A DNA stretch of 64,000 nt from IMG/VR virus record IMGVR_UViG_2660238005_000005. One strand, 5' to 3'. Positions 38,103 to 47,436 of this stretch are shown in pieces. Below the pieces are notes generated by a model. That model saw only the letters and a list, made by a program, of their open reading frames with translations, had not been told where the DNA came from and ran no database searches. Position 1 is the stretch's first letter; the number at the start of each line of letters is the position of its first letter. A program made the translations under genes and the position numbers. The stretch is from an uncultured virus (IMG/VR IMGVR_UViG_2660238005_000005). Taxonomy: Duplodnaviria; Heunggongvirae; Uroviricota; Caudoviricetes.

Positions 38103-38131
38103 GAAAAGCCCCGCCGAAGCGGGGCTTTCGT
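38103..38131. terminator. Bidirectional terminator between xis and PIN gene
   Basis: AAAGCCCCGC-CGAA-GCGGGGCTTT. Confidence 0.8.
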
Positions 38132-38653
38132 TCAAACTCTGTCGTGAAAATGTAGCTGTACAGGTCGAGGTAAGATGTCAGAAAGCGATTTCGGCGTAAT
38201 GCCCACTGCCCTTGCTCTTTTGAATAGCTGCTTGTCGTGAGTCCATATTTCCTTGGCACCACTCGCGACGGCGATGGCTAGGATTTGACGATCATATTTG
38301 AGCTTGGCCATCTTGGCGTCAGGGTCTATGTTCTTCAGTTCCTGGTTGGTAACCAGAAGAGCACATTCAACAGCCGCCAACTGGTCAAACGGAACCACCT
38401 CAATCGATTTCGCGCTATTGATGATATCGAGATGGGTTTGATAACTGCTGCGCTCAATTCCCAGGAGATACTCAGAAACCACGGGGGCCGGCAGGATCAC
38501 CGTCCCCTTCATTGTCTCAATCTGCTCAACCAAGGCAACGGCGCGCCTGAAGGCATCGTCGACAACCTCGCCGGTTTCGGGATTCATCAAATCCGTTGCG
38601 CCATCATCCTGCATGATCTGCACCAGAACGTTGGTGTCGATGACTATCTTCAA
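38132..38653 (-). CDS. PIN/VapC-domain ribonuclease
   Basis: IVIDTNVL, VVSEYL, YDRQILAIA, WTHD acidic tetrad; TTG start 2 nt after upstream stop. Confidence 0.88.
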   Translation of the reverse strand: MKIVIDTNVLVQIMQDDGATDLMNPETGEVVDDAFRRAVALVEQIETMKGTVILPAPVVSEYLLGIERSSYQTHLDIINSAKSIEVVPFDQLAAVECALLVTNQELKNIDPDAKMAKLKYDRQILAIAVASGAKEIWTHDKQLFKRARAVGITPKSLSDILPRPVQLHFHDRV

Positions 38654-38655
38654 AC

Positions 38656-39369
38656 CTAGCCCCTACTCCCAAGAATCTCAGAATGCGCGTCAGGTGAAGC
38701 GCTCCATTTCACCCCTCCAGCAGCTTTAAGCCTTGCAACCGCTTCTTTGAAACTGATGTCCTCAAGCAGTGTGAACGTCTTCACTTTCAGCTTGACTAGT
38801 CGCCACTGCCCGCTGTCGAGTCTGACCCACTCGCCGGTACCCTCCAGGCGTACAGTCTTGAAGATCACTTTGGCGAGGTTTTCGGCGACCTCTATGTCGG
38901 CTTCGCAGTAGAGTGTCTCGCCATTGGCGCCTTCCAATCGCACTGGTACCGTTTCATCTTTGCCTCCAACGCTGTAGAGGCGGCCTTGGACAGATGATGG
39001 TTTAACCACGCGAAGAGCATCTTCAGCTTCCTGGGGTTTAGGAAACTGAAATATCTGAGCCCCGCCTAACGTACGCAGCGAAGCTCCCGTCCTGTCCTCG
39101 GACATCAGTTCTGAGAGCTTTTGGAATGCCGCCTGAGCCTTTTTGGGGCCCAGCCCGCCGGACACTTCTCTAACCTGATTGAGTACAACAGGGTATTGAT
39201 CGTCTTCTACATAGGCGACTAACTGAGCAGATCCCTCTTTCACCCGCTCAAAGTGGACCGCGCTTTCCGCCCCGTACATCGTGGCCAGCGCGCGCAAATA
39301 GTCCGTCAGCCGCTTCATCGAGAGGCGGTTTGGCGTGAGGTCATCGAGGTAAAGCGTCAGCTCTTTCAT
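38656..39369 (-). CDS. Uncharacterised 237-aa protein, partner of PIN gene (beta-rich, possibly OB-fold, C-terminal half)
   Basis: Operonic with PIN; lower GC than flanks; TATAAT 6 nt before ATG. Confidence 0.8.
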   Translation of the reverse strand: MKELTLYLDDLTPNRLSMKRLTDYLRALATMYGAESAVHFERVKEGSAQLVAYVEDDQYPVVLNQVREVSGGLGPKKAQAAFQKLSELMSEDRTGASLRTLGGAQIFQFPKPQEAEDALRVVKPSSVQGRLYSVGGKDETVPVRLEGANGETLYCEADIEVAENLAKVIFKTVRLEGTGEWVRLDSGQWRLVKLKVKTFTLLEDISFKEAVARLKAAGGVKWSASPDAHSEILGSRG

Positions 39370-39504
39370 AGGAGGATTATAGCCAAGCGTCCTTGTTGAC
39401 TACTACGACCGCGCCGCGCGAAGCGCGATCCGTTGAAACACACTTTTACACCAGATGTGCGCTCTAAACCAGCAGGTGCGCGGGCGTGAGTGTAGGTCCC
39501 TCAG

Positions 39505-39642
39505 CTAACCCATGATCGGTCTATGGTTACAGATCTCCGCCCCGCCAGACGACTTCCTCAGCGCTTGCCGGGCCGGCCGTTGGCCGTTGCTGGCGCAGCC
39601 GGCCAGTGTGATCAACAGCACCGCGAAAACGAGTGTACGCAT
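39505..39642 (-). CDS. Small lipoprotein (45 aa), possibly truncated
   Basis: AAGGA SD; signal peptide with lipobox LAGC. Confidence 0.5.
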   Translation of the reverse strand: MRTLVFAVLLITLAGCASNGQRPARQALRKSSGGAEICNHRPIMG

Positions 39643-39710
39643 ACCGACTTCCTTGCCCCGAAACACCATCATATTGCCACGAAAAGAAGTGACCCGCACC
39701 GGCTGAAGGC

Positions 39711-40139
39711 TCAGCCTAAGCGGCTCGCCACCTCTGTTGCAGTCGCATTGTAGTAGACCATGAGCGACCGGGGGTCACGGTGTCCCGTCATCCTGGCCAG
39801 GTCGAGCACATCGAGTTTCCTGGCAAGCCGGGTCGTCGCTTCGTGGCGGGTATCGTGGAAGTTCAGCCCGTTGATTTTCTGTCTGTCCCGCACCTTCCGA
39901 AAGAGGGTATCGGCCGAGCCAGACGACAGCGTGAACAGTTCCTGGCGCTTCCCGGCAGCCTCTATCAGAACTTGGAGCAAGGTCACCGCGCGAGAACTAA
40001 GCGGCACCTTCCGAGCATCGCCATTCTTCGTCTCGGCCAGTTCGACGTAGCGGGCACTCAAGTGGACCCGGGCAGCAACCAGGCCAAGGATTTCGCCCTG
40101 CCGCATCGCCGTCTCCAGAGCGATCAGGAAGGCGTAGGC
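39711..40139 (-). pseudogene. int: Tyrosine integrase, C-terminal catalytic part; interrupted by Mu-like phage
   Basis: ETAMRQGE (R), TKNG (K), HDTRHE (HxxR), TGH, VYY; similarity ends at the TG terminus at 40140. Confidence 0.88.
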
Positions 40140-40187
40140 TGTAGCGCGGCGCGAAATTTGGCGCGGATTTGCGCAATAAATGACGCG
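40140..40187. repeat. Phage terminus with two putative transposase-binding sites
   Basis: TG at 40140; GCGCGAAATTTGGCGCG (40149-40165) and GCGCAATAAATGACGCG (40171-40187), 22-bp period. Confidence 0.6.
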
Positions 40188-40226
40188 CCCTAGCCGTTTC
40201 GTGTGCGGCAAAAGAATTTCAAAAGA

Positions 40227-40451
40227 TCAGCACAGGACGACTATGTCGCCATCGGCCACCCGCTCAGACAGAGCGGTCAGCTTGCCGATGCCCTCCCGCA
40301 AGAATCGGCCGAGCTGCTCGATGCATTCGCGCTGGTCCTCGGTGAGACTGAACTCGGAATCCATAGCTTCCATCAGATCAAGGCAGCACTGGTTGAGGAA
40401 CCCCACCTCAAGCAACTCCGCCCGCAGCCTCTGTCTAAGCACCTCGTCCAT
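40227..40451 (-). CDS. Terminal hypothetical protein (74 aa, acidic helical)
   Basis: MDEVLRQRL...; last gene before the right end. Confidence 0.65.
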   Translation of the reverse strand: MDEVLRQRLRAELLEVGFLNQCCLDLMEAMDSEFSLTEDQRECIEQLGRFLREGIGKLTALSERVADGDIVVLC

Positions 40452-40529
40452 ACCAACATCCCTATCTACTCCGCACATCAGCTGAGGACCGTAGCAAAAA
40501 GGAGACGTTGGTCACAATTATCAAAACGC

Positions 40530-41330
40530 TTAGGCCAGGCGCGCAATCCCGAAGCGGTTGGCATGCGGAAAGGCTCGGGATGTCTTCTCAGCCCCCGAAC
40601 TCTGGTAAATCTGCATCTTGAGCTGGGTGCCGGCGGTGAGGTACGCCGTGCCCGATCCTGCCATCTGATTTGCAGCACCAGCCACGTTCGGAGCAGCCAC
40701 CAGCAATACCACCGTGCCAGACGGCATCGCCAGCCGCAGATTGCAGATGCCAGGGTTCGGTGAGGCCGACGACAGATCAGCTGCGCAGAACAGCGAGTAG
40801 ACGCCGGTCGCCGGCACTGTGATGAGCGTGTTCGATGCAGCGACGTCGATACATCCACCCGAGTCGACGACCTCGGTATCGAACACTAGGTCGGTCAACG
40901 TGTCGTGCGGCACCACTAGGTTTGTCGAGCGATACGCGATAGCTGCGACAGGCTCAAACCGTGGCCCCACAGTCCACTCAGCCCAACCGCCGGCGCCGAA
41001 CTCATATGTCTTGAGTTGGCCTGCCGGGGTTGTCTCGTTTGCGACTTGGACACGCCAGCCCAGCCGTGGCGGCATGTACTCCCAAATTGGCGTACTGGCA
41101 CCCGTTGCCCACCAGCGAGCTAGGCGGTTCTGATTTGAGCCGCTGCCGGTGACAATGTAAGTATCACCCTCGGCCTGGCCGCTAGTCGGCAGCGTGGCGA
41201 CGCGCCCCTTGACGACCGGCTGCCTCAGAAAGTCATCCCATCGCCACATCCGAATCAGATCGCTGTAATGCCCTTCTCCCGGCAGGCCGTTGATCAATAG
41301 GCCGGTGTTAGGCCCCATATAGAGAGTCAT
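40530..41330 (-). CDS. Tail fibre/receptor-binding protein (DUF2793-like N-terminus, C1q-like C-terminus)
   Basis: AEGDTYIV...WEYMPPRLGWRV; LVFDTEVVD...TVPATGVY. Confidence 0.75.
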   Translation of the reverse strand: MTLYMGPNTGLLINGLPGEGHYSDLIRMWRWDDFLRQPVVKGRVATLPTSGQAEGDTYIVTGSGSNQNRLARWWATGASTPIWEYMPPRLGWRVQVANETTPAGQLKTYEFGAGGWAEWTVGPRFEPVAAIAYRSTNLVVPHDTLTDLVFDTEVVDSGGCIDVAASNTLITVPATGVYSLFCAADLSSASPNPGICNLRLAMPSGTVVLLVAAPNVAGAANQMAGSGTAYLTAGTQLKMQIYQSSGAEKTSRAFPHANRFGIARLA

Positions 41331-43537
41331 GCGGAAACGCCTCCAAGTTCTTCGCCCAGGTGGAAGCCCAGGCCGTGTCGTTCGATTGTGTTGTCGTGCT
41401 GCTGCCAACTCTGCAGACCGTCGCGAACGCTGAACAGCACGATGCGCAGCACCGGCAGCAGCCCATGCGCTATGTCGTCCTCCAGCGGGTAGGTCCAGGT
41501 CGTGCCGGTCAAGCCGGTGTACGACTTCTTCAGGCTGGTACCGCTGTAGATGCTCAGCGTGTATGTCGTGCCAGCTTCCAGCGATATGCTGCTCGCAGAC
41601 GAGTCAACCAGTTGATCGGCCTGCAGCAGCCGGTTGCGGTGCGCCCACGACACGGTCAGCACACCGTAGGTCTTCGTCGGATACGCCACACCACACACCA
41701 GCACCCGGCCAGGCGCATAAGGCCGCGCCTGGCGCTGGTTCATTCGCAGCGAGTCGACCGGCGCGAGGCTCTCTGCGAGCGTCGCCGAGCTGGTGCGGCT
41801 CAGCAGCTTCACGTTCACTGTCTCGCCGGTCACGTACTCACGCGTGTCCTCTGTTGCCCAATCCTCGTAGAACCAGATCAGCGCGCCGGCCTCATGCGGC
41901 GCTGGCACCGTATCGACGCATCCCCGCGCGAGCACCGCGGTGCCGGCCGCGGCGTTGATCGCGTCGACGCGGAAGATCTCGTCATCGATCATCGCGGCCG
42001 AGCCCACCTCGACGAGGTCAAGGTCAACCCCCTGGACAAGCGTGACGCTGACGCTGGTCAGGCCCCGGCCGATATCTGCTGAGATCGTCGCGACCGGGCA
42101 GAAGTCGCCGGACGTCCGCTCGTCGAATGGTGCAGACCCCACGCGGCTGAGCAGCGCGTAGTTCATCTGCAGGCCGGACGGCCGCATGCCCACCACGGCG
42201 AGGACACCCGTCTCGGGCTGCAGTTGGGCGAGATCCGCATCGCTCAGTGCCGCCGCGAGGTCGCGGTACGGCGCCTCGATGAGCCGGCGGGTCGCAATGA
42301 CCCGCGGGGTGCGGTCGGGCGGGGTCCAGTTCGGCGGCTGGACTGCGGACGTCCCGGCTGCCGGCAGTCCGAACACGTCTTCCAGCGCGGTGATGGCGAT
42401 GGTGCCCTTCGTGAGGGTGCCATAGTCGATCTTGCCGGCCCGCAGGACGATCAGTTCGATCCCGCGCTTCCGGCTGCGAACGCAGAACACGTCGCCAGGG
42501 TTCAGCGCATAGGCGCGCCGATCGAGCCGCAACTGGAGCTTGCGGATAGCCGACGTCGACACGTTGCAGTCGCGCGCCGCCACCCTGCCGGCCAACTCGC
42601 CGGTCGGTAGGCCCGGATACTCCTTCGTCGTCGTGATCACGCCGCCGGCCGCGCGGATCGCGCCGGCATTCTTCGCACGGGCACGCCGGTCGGTGTTGGT
42701 GATCGGGTCGTGCCACACGACGACGAACTGGTTCGCCGTGCCGTCGAGCGCAGTGATGCTGTCTTCGTCGATCCCGAGCAGCCCGCTGTCCTCGTCGAAT
42801 ACCGGCAACGTCGCGACGTCGTAGTCGTCACGGATCAGCCGCAGCGTCCAAAGTCCGGTCGAGCGGGAAAGGAACTGGGTGGCGCCAATGTGATCCAGGA
42901 CGGTCTGTTCGAAGTTGTCCAACTCGTCTGCCACGCGAAACTTGAGGCACAGACCAAAGCCCTCGGCGAACAACGTATCTGCGGCCGTGCGATACGAGGC
43001 CTGGTCCAGCAGGACGCGATCTTTGCCGCGGCCCCAGTCGCGGTTGGTCTGGCACTCGAACAAGATGTGGGCGGGGTTCATCGCCTTGACCTCGCCGCCG
43101 GCAAGGCTGATCACGGCCTTCTCGGGATACCAAACTCCACCGTCCCATCCGTTCAGCGCGCGCCGCCACCGGCTCATCCAGGCTTTCGGGTACTTGTTCA
43201 TCGCGCAGAGTTGCCCGTCGAAGAAAGCAGTGGTGACGCCGCGGAACGCGGGCACCAGGCCACCTACCATCGCCGCCAAGCGAGGATTCACCGGTTGTTC
43301 CGGGGCGCCGAACATGACGTCTAGCGGCCCGGCGATGCCACCCTCTGCCTTGTCCCCACCGAACAACTCACCGGCCTGGATCTGGATGGTCTGGTTGCTC
43401 TTGACCGACCCCTTCCAAGCGGTACGGTCGCCGGCCTTGATCTCGACCATCTCGTCAAGCGGGCCCCTCGCAAACCCCATGAGAATACCCATGTAGTAGC
43501 GCCAGCCCATCGTTTGCGCTTTGCTACGGCCGCCCAT
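41327..43537 (-). CDS. Tail tip/central fibre protein (736 aa)
   Basis: VPAFRGV, MNPAHIL motifs; synteny. Confidence 0.8.
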   Translation of the reverse strand: MGGRSKAQTMGWRYYMGILMGFARGPLDEMVEIKAGDRTAWKGSVKSNQTIQIQAGELFGGDKAEGGIAGPLDVMFGAPEQPVNPRLAAMVGGLVPAFRGVTTAFFDGQLCAMNKYPKAWMSRWRRALNGWDGGVWYPEKAVISLAGGEVKAMNPAHILFECQTNRDWGRGKDRVLLDQASYRTAADTLFAEGFGLCLKFRVADELDNFEQTVLDHIGATQFLSRSTGLWTLRLIRDDYDVATLPVFDEDSGLLGIDEDSITALDGTANQFVVVWHDPITNTDRRARAKNAGAIRAAGGVITTTKEYPGLPTGELAGRVAARDCNVSTSAIRKLQLRLDRRAYALNPGDVFCVRSRKRGIELIVLRAGKIDYGTLTKGTIAITALEDVFGLPAAGTSAVQPPNWTPPDRTPRVIATRRLIEAPYRDLAAALSDADLAQLQPETGVLAVVGMRPSGLQMNYALLSRVGSAPFDERTSGDFCPVATISADIGRGLTSVSVTLVQGVDLDLVEVGSAAMIDDEIFRVDAINAAAGTAVLARGCVDTVPAPHEAGALIWFYEDWATEDTREYVTGETVNVKLLSRTSSATLAESLAPVDSLRMNQRQARPYAPGRVLVCGVAYPTKTYGVLTVSWAHRNRLLQADQLVDSSASSISLEAGTTYTLSIYSGTSLKKSYTGLTGTTWTYPLEDDIAHGLLPVLRIVLFSVRDGLQSWQQHDNTIERHGLGFHLGEELGGVSA

Positions 43538-43754
43538 TTTCCGCCTCCGCACGAGCGTGGTTGACAAGGCGCACGGCCAGCTCGTCGCCGGTAGCTTCCA
43601 GCACCGATGCTGGCACTCCCTCGGCAACGAACCGGTGCCAATCCAGGCCGTGGGCGTTGAACCAGGCCCTCGCACCGGATACGCAGTAGCCCGGTCGGCT
43701 GGTCAGCCCTGGCACACTGCGCAGATGCGCTGTTGTGATGATCAGATCCGTCAC
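43524..43754 (-). CDS. Small tail assembly protein
   Basis: GYCVSGARAWF...GLDW motif. Confidence 0.7.
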   Translation of the reverse strand: MTDLIITTAHLRSVPGLTSRPGYCVSGARAWFNAHGLDWHRFVAEGVPASVLEATGDELAVRLVNHARAEAENGRP

Positions 43755-43981
43755 TTCTTCGACCCTTTCGATTTGACTGCCTTCATCCGCTCGTTACCGG
43801 TACCGAGGACGATCCAGTCCTCGATCCACACATCGCCGAAGATCACGTAATGGCCAGTGCCGTCCTCGGTCTGAGGCAGATCTTCGGAAGTCAGCGCCTC
43901 CGGTTTCGGCTTCGGCGCTTTCGCAGAAGTAGCGCTGCTAATCAGATACGACGCGACCAGAATCGCGATTTGCACCCACAT
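43751..43981 (-). CDS. Small tail assembly protein
   Basis: PQTEDG...VIFGDVWI motif. Confidence 0.7.
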   Translation of the reverse strand: MWVQIAILVASYLISSATSAKAPKPKPEALTSEDLPQTEDGTGHYVIFGDVWIEDWIVLGTGNERMKAVKSKGSKK

Positions 43982-43997
43982 GGATGACTCCTACCAG

Positions 43998-44816
43998 TTA
44001 CCACCAGGGATCGCCGTCGAACGGCGACTTGCCCGGAAGGAATGGCACTGCACCGCAGTTCGCTGTGTTGTTGAACTTGTCGTTGCAGGTTTGGATGAGC
44101 TGATCACATCCGGGGAACGCGACAGCCCGAGTACCAGGAGCCAACAGCGAGGTGCCACCGACCAGGACCAGGCGGTTGCCGGTGTGTTGTTGGATGCCAC
44201 GCTGCTCGATCACTCCCTGGCCGCTGTCCCACTCGACGTAGCCTCCGCGGAACCAAGCATCGGGGTAGCCGCCGATCGCGTTGCCGGCCCCCGTCACGCT
44301 GTTGCCATCACGCAACTCGACGGTGAACGGCACGCGGTATTGCTCGCGGTCTGCCCGGCAGTTGTGATCGAACACCGTGTAAGGGCACTCACGTCCCCAT
44401 GCGAGGCTGATCGATGTACGCGATTCTGTTCCGAGCAGCCGGCACTTGATCTGCACCCGGCTGTCGGCCGGCCAGTTCACCTCGTCGATCCTGCCCATCC
44501 ACACCACAAGCCCCTGGGGCTCGTTCCAGTGGATGTCCCAGACGGTCAGTGTTGGAGCCTTCGACGGCCGAGCGCCACGGTACAGCTGCGCAACCTCCAG
44601 GTCGCTCGGGCCAGTAACAGTCATGATGTCGGCACTAGCCTGGCCGGTCATGCGCCGTCCATCGTCGCTCACCGGCCGCGCCCGAAAGGTCATGTTGTTG
44701 AACTCGATGTCTCGATTCGCGGTGGTGTAAGTCCATCGGATCGGGCCGAGGCGGAAGTCGTACAAGCTGATCGCCTGGCCATCGGCGAGGGACCGCTCGC
44801 GATCACTGAAGCTCAT
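43998..44816 (-). CDS. BR0599-family tail hub protein
   Basis: C...C and PGCD...C..KFNN..N.G..P..P Cys motifs. Confidence 0.85.
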   Translation of the reverse strand: MSFSDRERSLADGQAISLYDFRLGPIRWTYTTANRDIEFNNMTFRARPVSDDGRRMTGQASADIMTVTGPSDLEVAQLYRGARPSKAPTLTVWDIHWNEPQGLVVWMGRIDEVNWPADSRVQIKCRLLGTESRTSISLAWGRECPYTVFDHNCRADREQYRVPFTVELRDGNSVTGAGNAIGGYPDAWFRGGYVEWDSGQGVIEQRGIQQHTGNRLVLVGGTSLLAPGTRAVAFPGCDQLIQTCNDKFNNTANCGAVPFLPGKSPFDGDPWW

Positions 44817-46509
44817 CGCGTACTCCTCGGAACACCGTGCTGGCTGTGCTGATGCCGTCGGTGTCGGTTTCGTGTGTGATCTGCACGCTGTCGCTGTCCT
44901 GCCGGCACAGGGTCATGAACGAGATGCGTGCGACGTCGCTCGGCCGGACAACGGTGCCCAGCGCGCTGTCGATCGCCAAGCGCTCGACGTCGACGTTCAG
45001 CTCGCTGACGTCGAGGATGCGCCGGTAGACGACCTGCCCGCCGAACAGCTCAATGCGGATATCGCGCCGGCCGGGAGCATCAGCCCTGAAGAACCGCGCC
45101 AAGCCAACCAGCTCGACATCGAGGACGGAGCTGGTCGCAGCCACTGTGTCGACCAGCACCAGGTCGGCGGCATGGGTCGGAATCCAGATCGCTTTCTGTC
45201 GGCCGCGCAGGGCGTACAGCAGGCTGCGCAGCGCCGCATGCTCCTCGCGACCCTCGGTCTGCCAGCGGAATCCATGCACCGGGAAACCGACCCCCGCTTG
45301 GTCGGCGAATTGCGGCAGTCCGGTTTCGTTGTCCAGGACATCGAGCAGGCGCTGGTACGACAGGGACAAGTCTTCGGACTCCTCGGGTCGCTGCTCGAGG
45401 ACAGGCCAGCCCCGGTACGTTGCCGTCGGCATGACCTCCGGCCAGTCGCTGCTGTCCATCACCAGGAACCGCGCTTGTGCGCTGTAGAGGGTGTCTGTCA
45501 GCCGGGTCAGCGCCGGTTGCTCCGTCAGCTGTGCGGTGCGGATTGGGTACAAGCGAGAGCCAGCCGGCCAGCGACGCTGAACCGGGCGGGCCAGTTGAAT
45601 CGCCGACGCGGTCAGATCCTGGATCTCCACCACCTCGTACTCGAACGCTGACTCACCGCGCAGCAGCGCAAGGCCCCCAGCACGAAAATCCCGCCAGCGG
45701 GTGTCGCACTCGACCGTTTGTGCGCCGGCCACGGTGACGCTTGCCAGCAGCTGTATGTCCGGCCACACCGGCAGCGCCCAGATTCGCCCACCCCAGCCTG
45801 CAAGGCTGAGGTCGAGGAGCACTCGCTCGCGCCCCTCCGCGTAGAACTCGGCTTCGAATGAACGCCGGGGTGACAGGCGCAGCGATCGCCGTTGCTCGAC
45901 TCCCGACGTGCTAGTCAGCAACTCGGTCAACCACTCCAGTGACTCTTGGACACCGTCAGCCCAGTCCGGCGCGAACGGCCACGCCGTGATTCGGTTTCCG
46001 GTAATGACCAGGATCAACGGCTGTTCGTCCTGCAGTTGCCAGACGATGCGCGCATCAACTACCGGCGGTCCATCGGTCGACACGGCCACAGTCCAGATGC
46101 GCTCTTGCAGCGCCGCGAACGGCAACGGCGGGGACGGCTGGCCAGCCAGGCTGATGCCATCGGCGTCCTCGCGATCGATCTGCGACATTGTCCGCGGCGT
46201 GAAGTGGGCGTTCCAGACCGAGACAGCGCGCTCCTGGACGCTCACGACGTTGCCAAGATCCAGCCGGCCGGGGATCAGCCAGACGCGGTTGTAGAAGTTC
46301 TCGACCAGGTCGGACTGGTGAACTGCCGAGTACGCAGAGTGAATGACGGCCACGGGTTGGTGTGTCGCATAGCTGCCAGCCAAGGTCGAGGCGCTGGCCG
46401 AGCCCAGGGTGATGTCCTGGTTCAAGCCCAGAGCGGAGATGTTCGGGGTGATGCCGGCAACGACCGCTTCGACCGGCCGAGGTACTTGAAATCCGGGGAA
46501 GGTCGCCAT
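44803..46509 (-). CDS. Tail structural protein (568 aa)
   Basis: Tail module; start MATFPGF. Confidence 0.75.
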   Translation of the reverse strand: MATFPGFQVPRPVEAVVAGITPNISALGLNQDITLGSASASTLAGSYATHQPVAVIHSAYSAVHQSDLVENFYNRVWLIPGRLDLGNVVSVQERAVSVWNAHFTPRTMSQIDREDADGISLAGQPSPPLPFAALQERIWTVAVSTDGPPVVDARIVWQLQDEQPLILVITGNRITAWPFAPDWADGVQESLEWLTELLTSTSGVEQRRSLRLSPRRSFEAEFYAEGRERVLLDLSLAGWGGRIWALPVWPDIQLLASVTVAGAQTVECDTRWRDFRAGGLALLRGESAFEYEVVEIQDLTASAIQLARPVQRRWPAGSRLYPIRTAQLTEQPALTRLTDTLYSAQARFLVMDSSDWPEVMPTATYRGWPVLEQRPEESEDLSLSYQRLLDVLDNETGLPQFADQAGVGFPVHGFRWQTEGREEHAALRSLLYALRGRQKAIWIPTHAADLVLVDTVAATSSVLDVELVGLARFFRADAPGRRDIRIELFGGQVVYRRILDVSELNVDVERLAIDSALGTVVRPSDVARISFMTLCRQDSDSVQITHETDTDGISTASTVFRGVRDELQ

Positions 46510-46511
46510 TT

Positions 46512-47435
46512 CTACTCGACAACCCGGAATGCATAGCCGACCAGCGCGCTGGTGTTGCCGAAATCGTTGGCTGTTCCGCGCTGCAGCAAAGGGAAGACAC
46601 GCCAGGTGTCGGTTCCGATGGTGATCGAGTCCCCAGGCGCGAGGAAGTCCATCCGGCACAGACCGAAATCAGGCGCTTCGCCGATGTACCTCGAACGCTG
46701 CTGAGCGCCGAACGCATAAATTGCACACGGCACAACGTTGGTCGAGCTGTTCAGCTCGTTGGCGGACGCATCTACCAGCGCAACGTCGGGGTGATACTGA
46801 CTGCTGTAGTTTCCACGGCCTGGACCGACCACGCGACGAGGGATGTTCGTTGTGTAGTCGAACGGCAGCCACTCGGGGGCGGGGCCGCCGTCGAGGCCGT
46901 CGAGCCGCAGCATGCAGCTACTGGTGCTGTATTGGATGTGATAGCCATCAAATGGATGCGACGACCAGTTGTTTGTCAGTGCCTGACCGGGGGTATAGAT
47001 GAACGAGCCGCAGACATACTGACCGCCCGTATAGCCGACGCCACGTTTGTTGAGCGAGCCAATCATCACCGGCCGGAACTGGCCTGCCGCGATTTCGACG
47101 TGCAGGTGCAGATATGCAGCGGTGGCGAACAGGTGGTAACGGGTGAACGGTCCGCCGCTGAGCTGCGCGATGGTCGGCCCTTTCGACGAATAGGGGTTGT
47201 ACTGTACGGAATTGCCTGGCTGCGCGTTCCACGCCAGGCCGTTATCGAACCCCGTATTGCCGGCGAGCTGCCATTGATTGGAACCGGCGTTGAATGACCA
47301 GTAGCCGTCGGCGTTGTGACAAAGCCATTCCGATGCCGAGGCGCGGTCGGTGACCCAGCCGAGGGTTTCAGCGTGGGTGCGGAGCTTGCCCAGCAGATCC
47401 GACGGGTTGTTCGCTGTTCCTGTGAAATAGGCCAT
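46512..47435 (-). CDS. Virion structural protein (307 aa)
   Basis: MAYFTGTAN; tail module. Confidence 0.75.
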   Translation of the reverse strand: MAYFTGTANNPSDLLGKLRTHAETLGWVTDRASASEWLCHNADGYWSFNAGSNQWQLAGNTGFDNGLAWNAQPGNSVQYNPYSSKGPTIAQLSGGPFTRYHLFATAAYLHLHVEIAAGQFRPVMIGSLNKRGVGYTGGQYVCGSFIYTPGQALTNNWSSHPFDGYHIQYSTSSCMLRLDGLDGGPAPEWLPFDYTTNIPRRVVGPGRGNYSSQYHPDVALVDASANELNSSTNVVPCAIYAFGAQQRSRYIGEAPDFGLCRMDFLAPGDSITIGTDTWRVFPLLQRGTANDFGNTSALVGYAFRVVE

Positions 47436-47436
47436 G

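Larger units (their letters stand above)
1..40139. mobile_element. Lambdoid temperate prophage (left boundary outside window); integrase interrupted at 40139/40140
   Basis: Ordered lysis, tail, head, terminase, replication, cro/cI, early, xis and int modules. Confidence 0.93.

Noticed and set aside
39370..39401. AGGAGG and TTGACT on + strand suggesting a divergent gene
   Set aside because: No properly spaced start codon or -10 hexamer
39711..40211. Intact 166-aa recombinase or shufflon/tail-fibre invertase
   Set aside because: The first ~24 residues derive from the Mu-like terminus; no invertible cassettes or repeated crossover sites were seen
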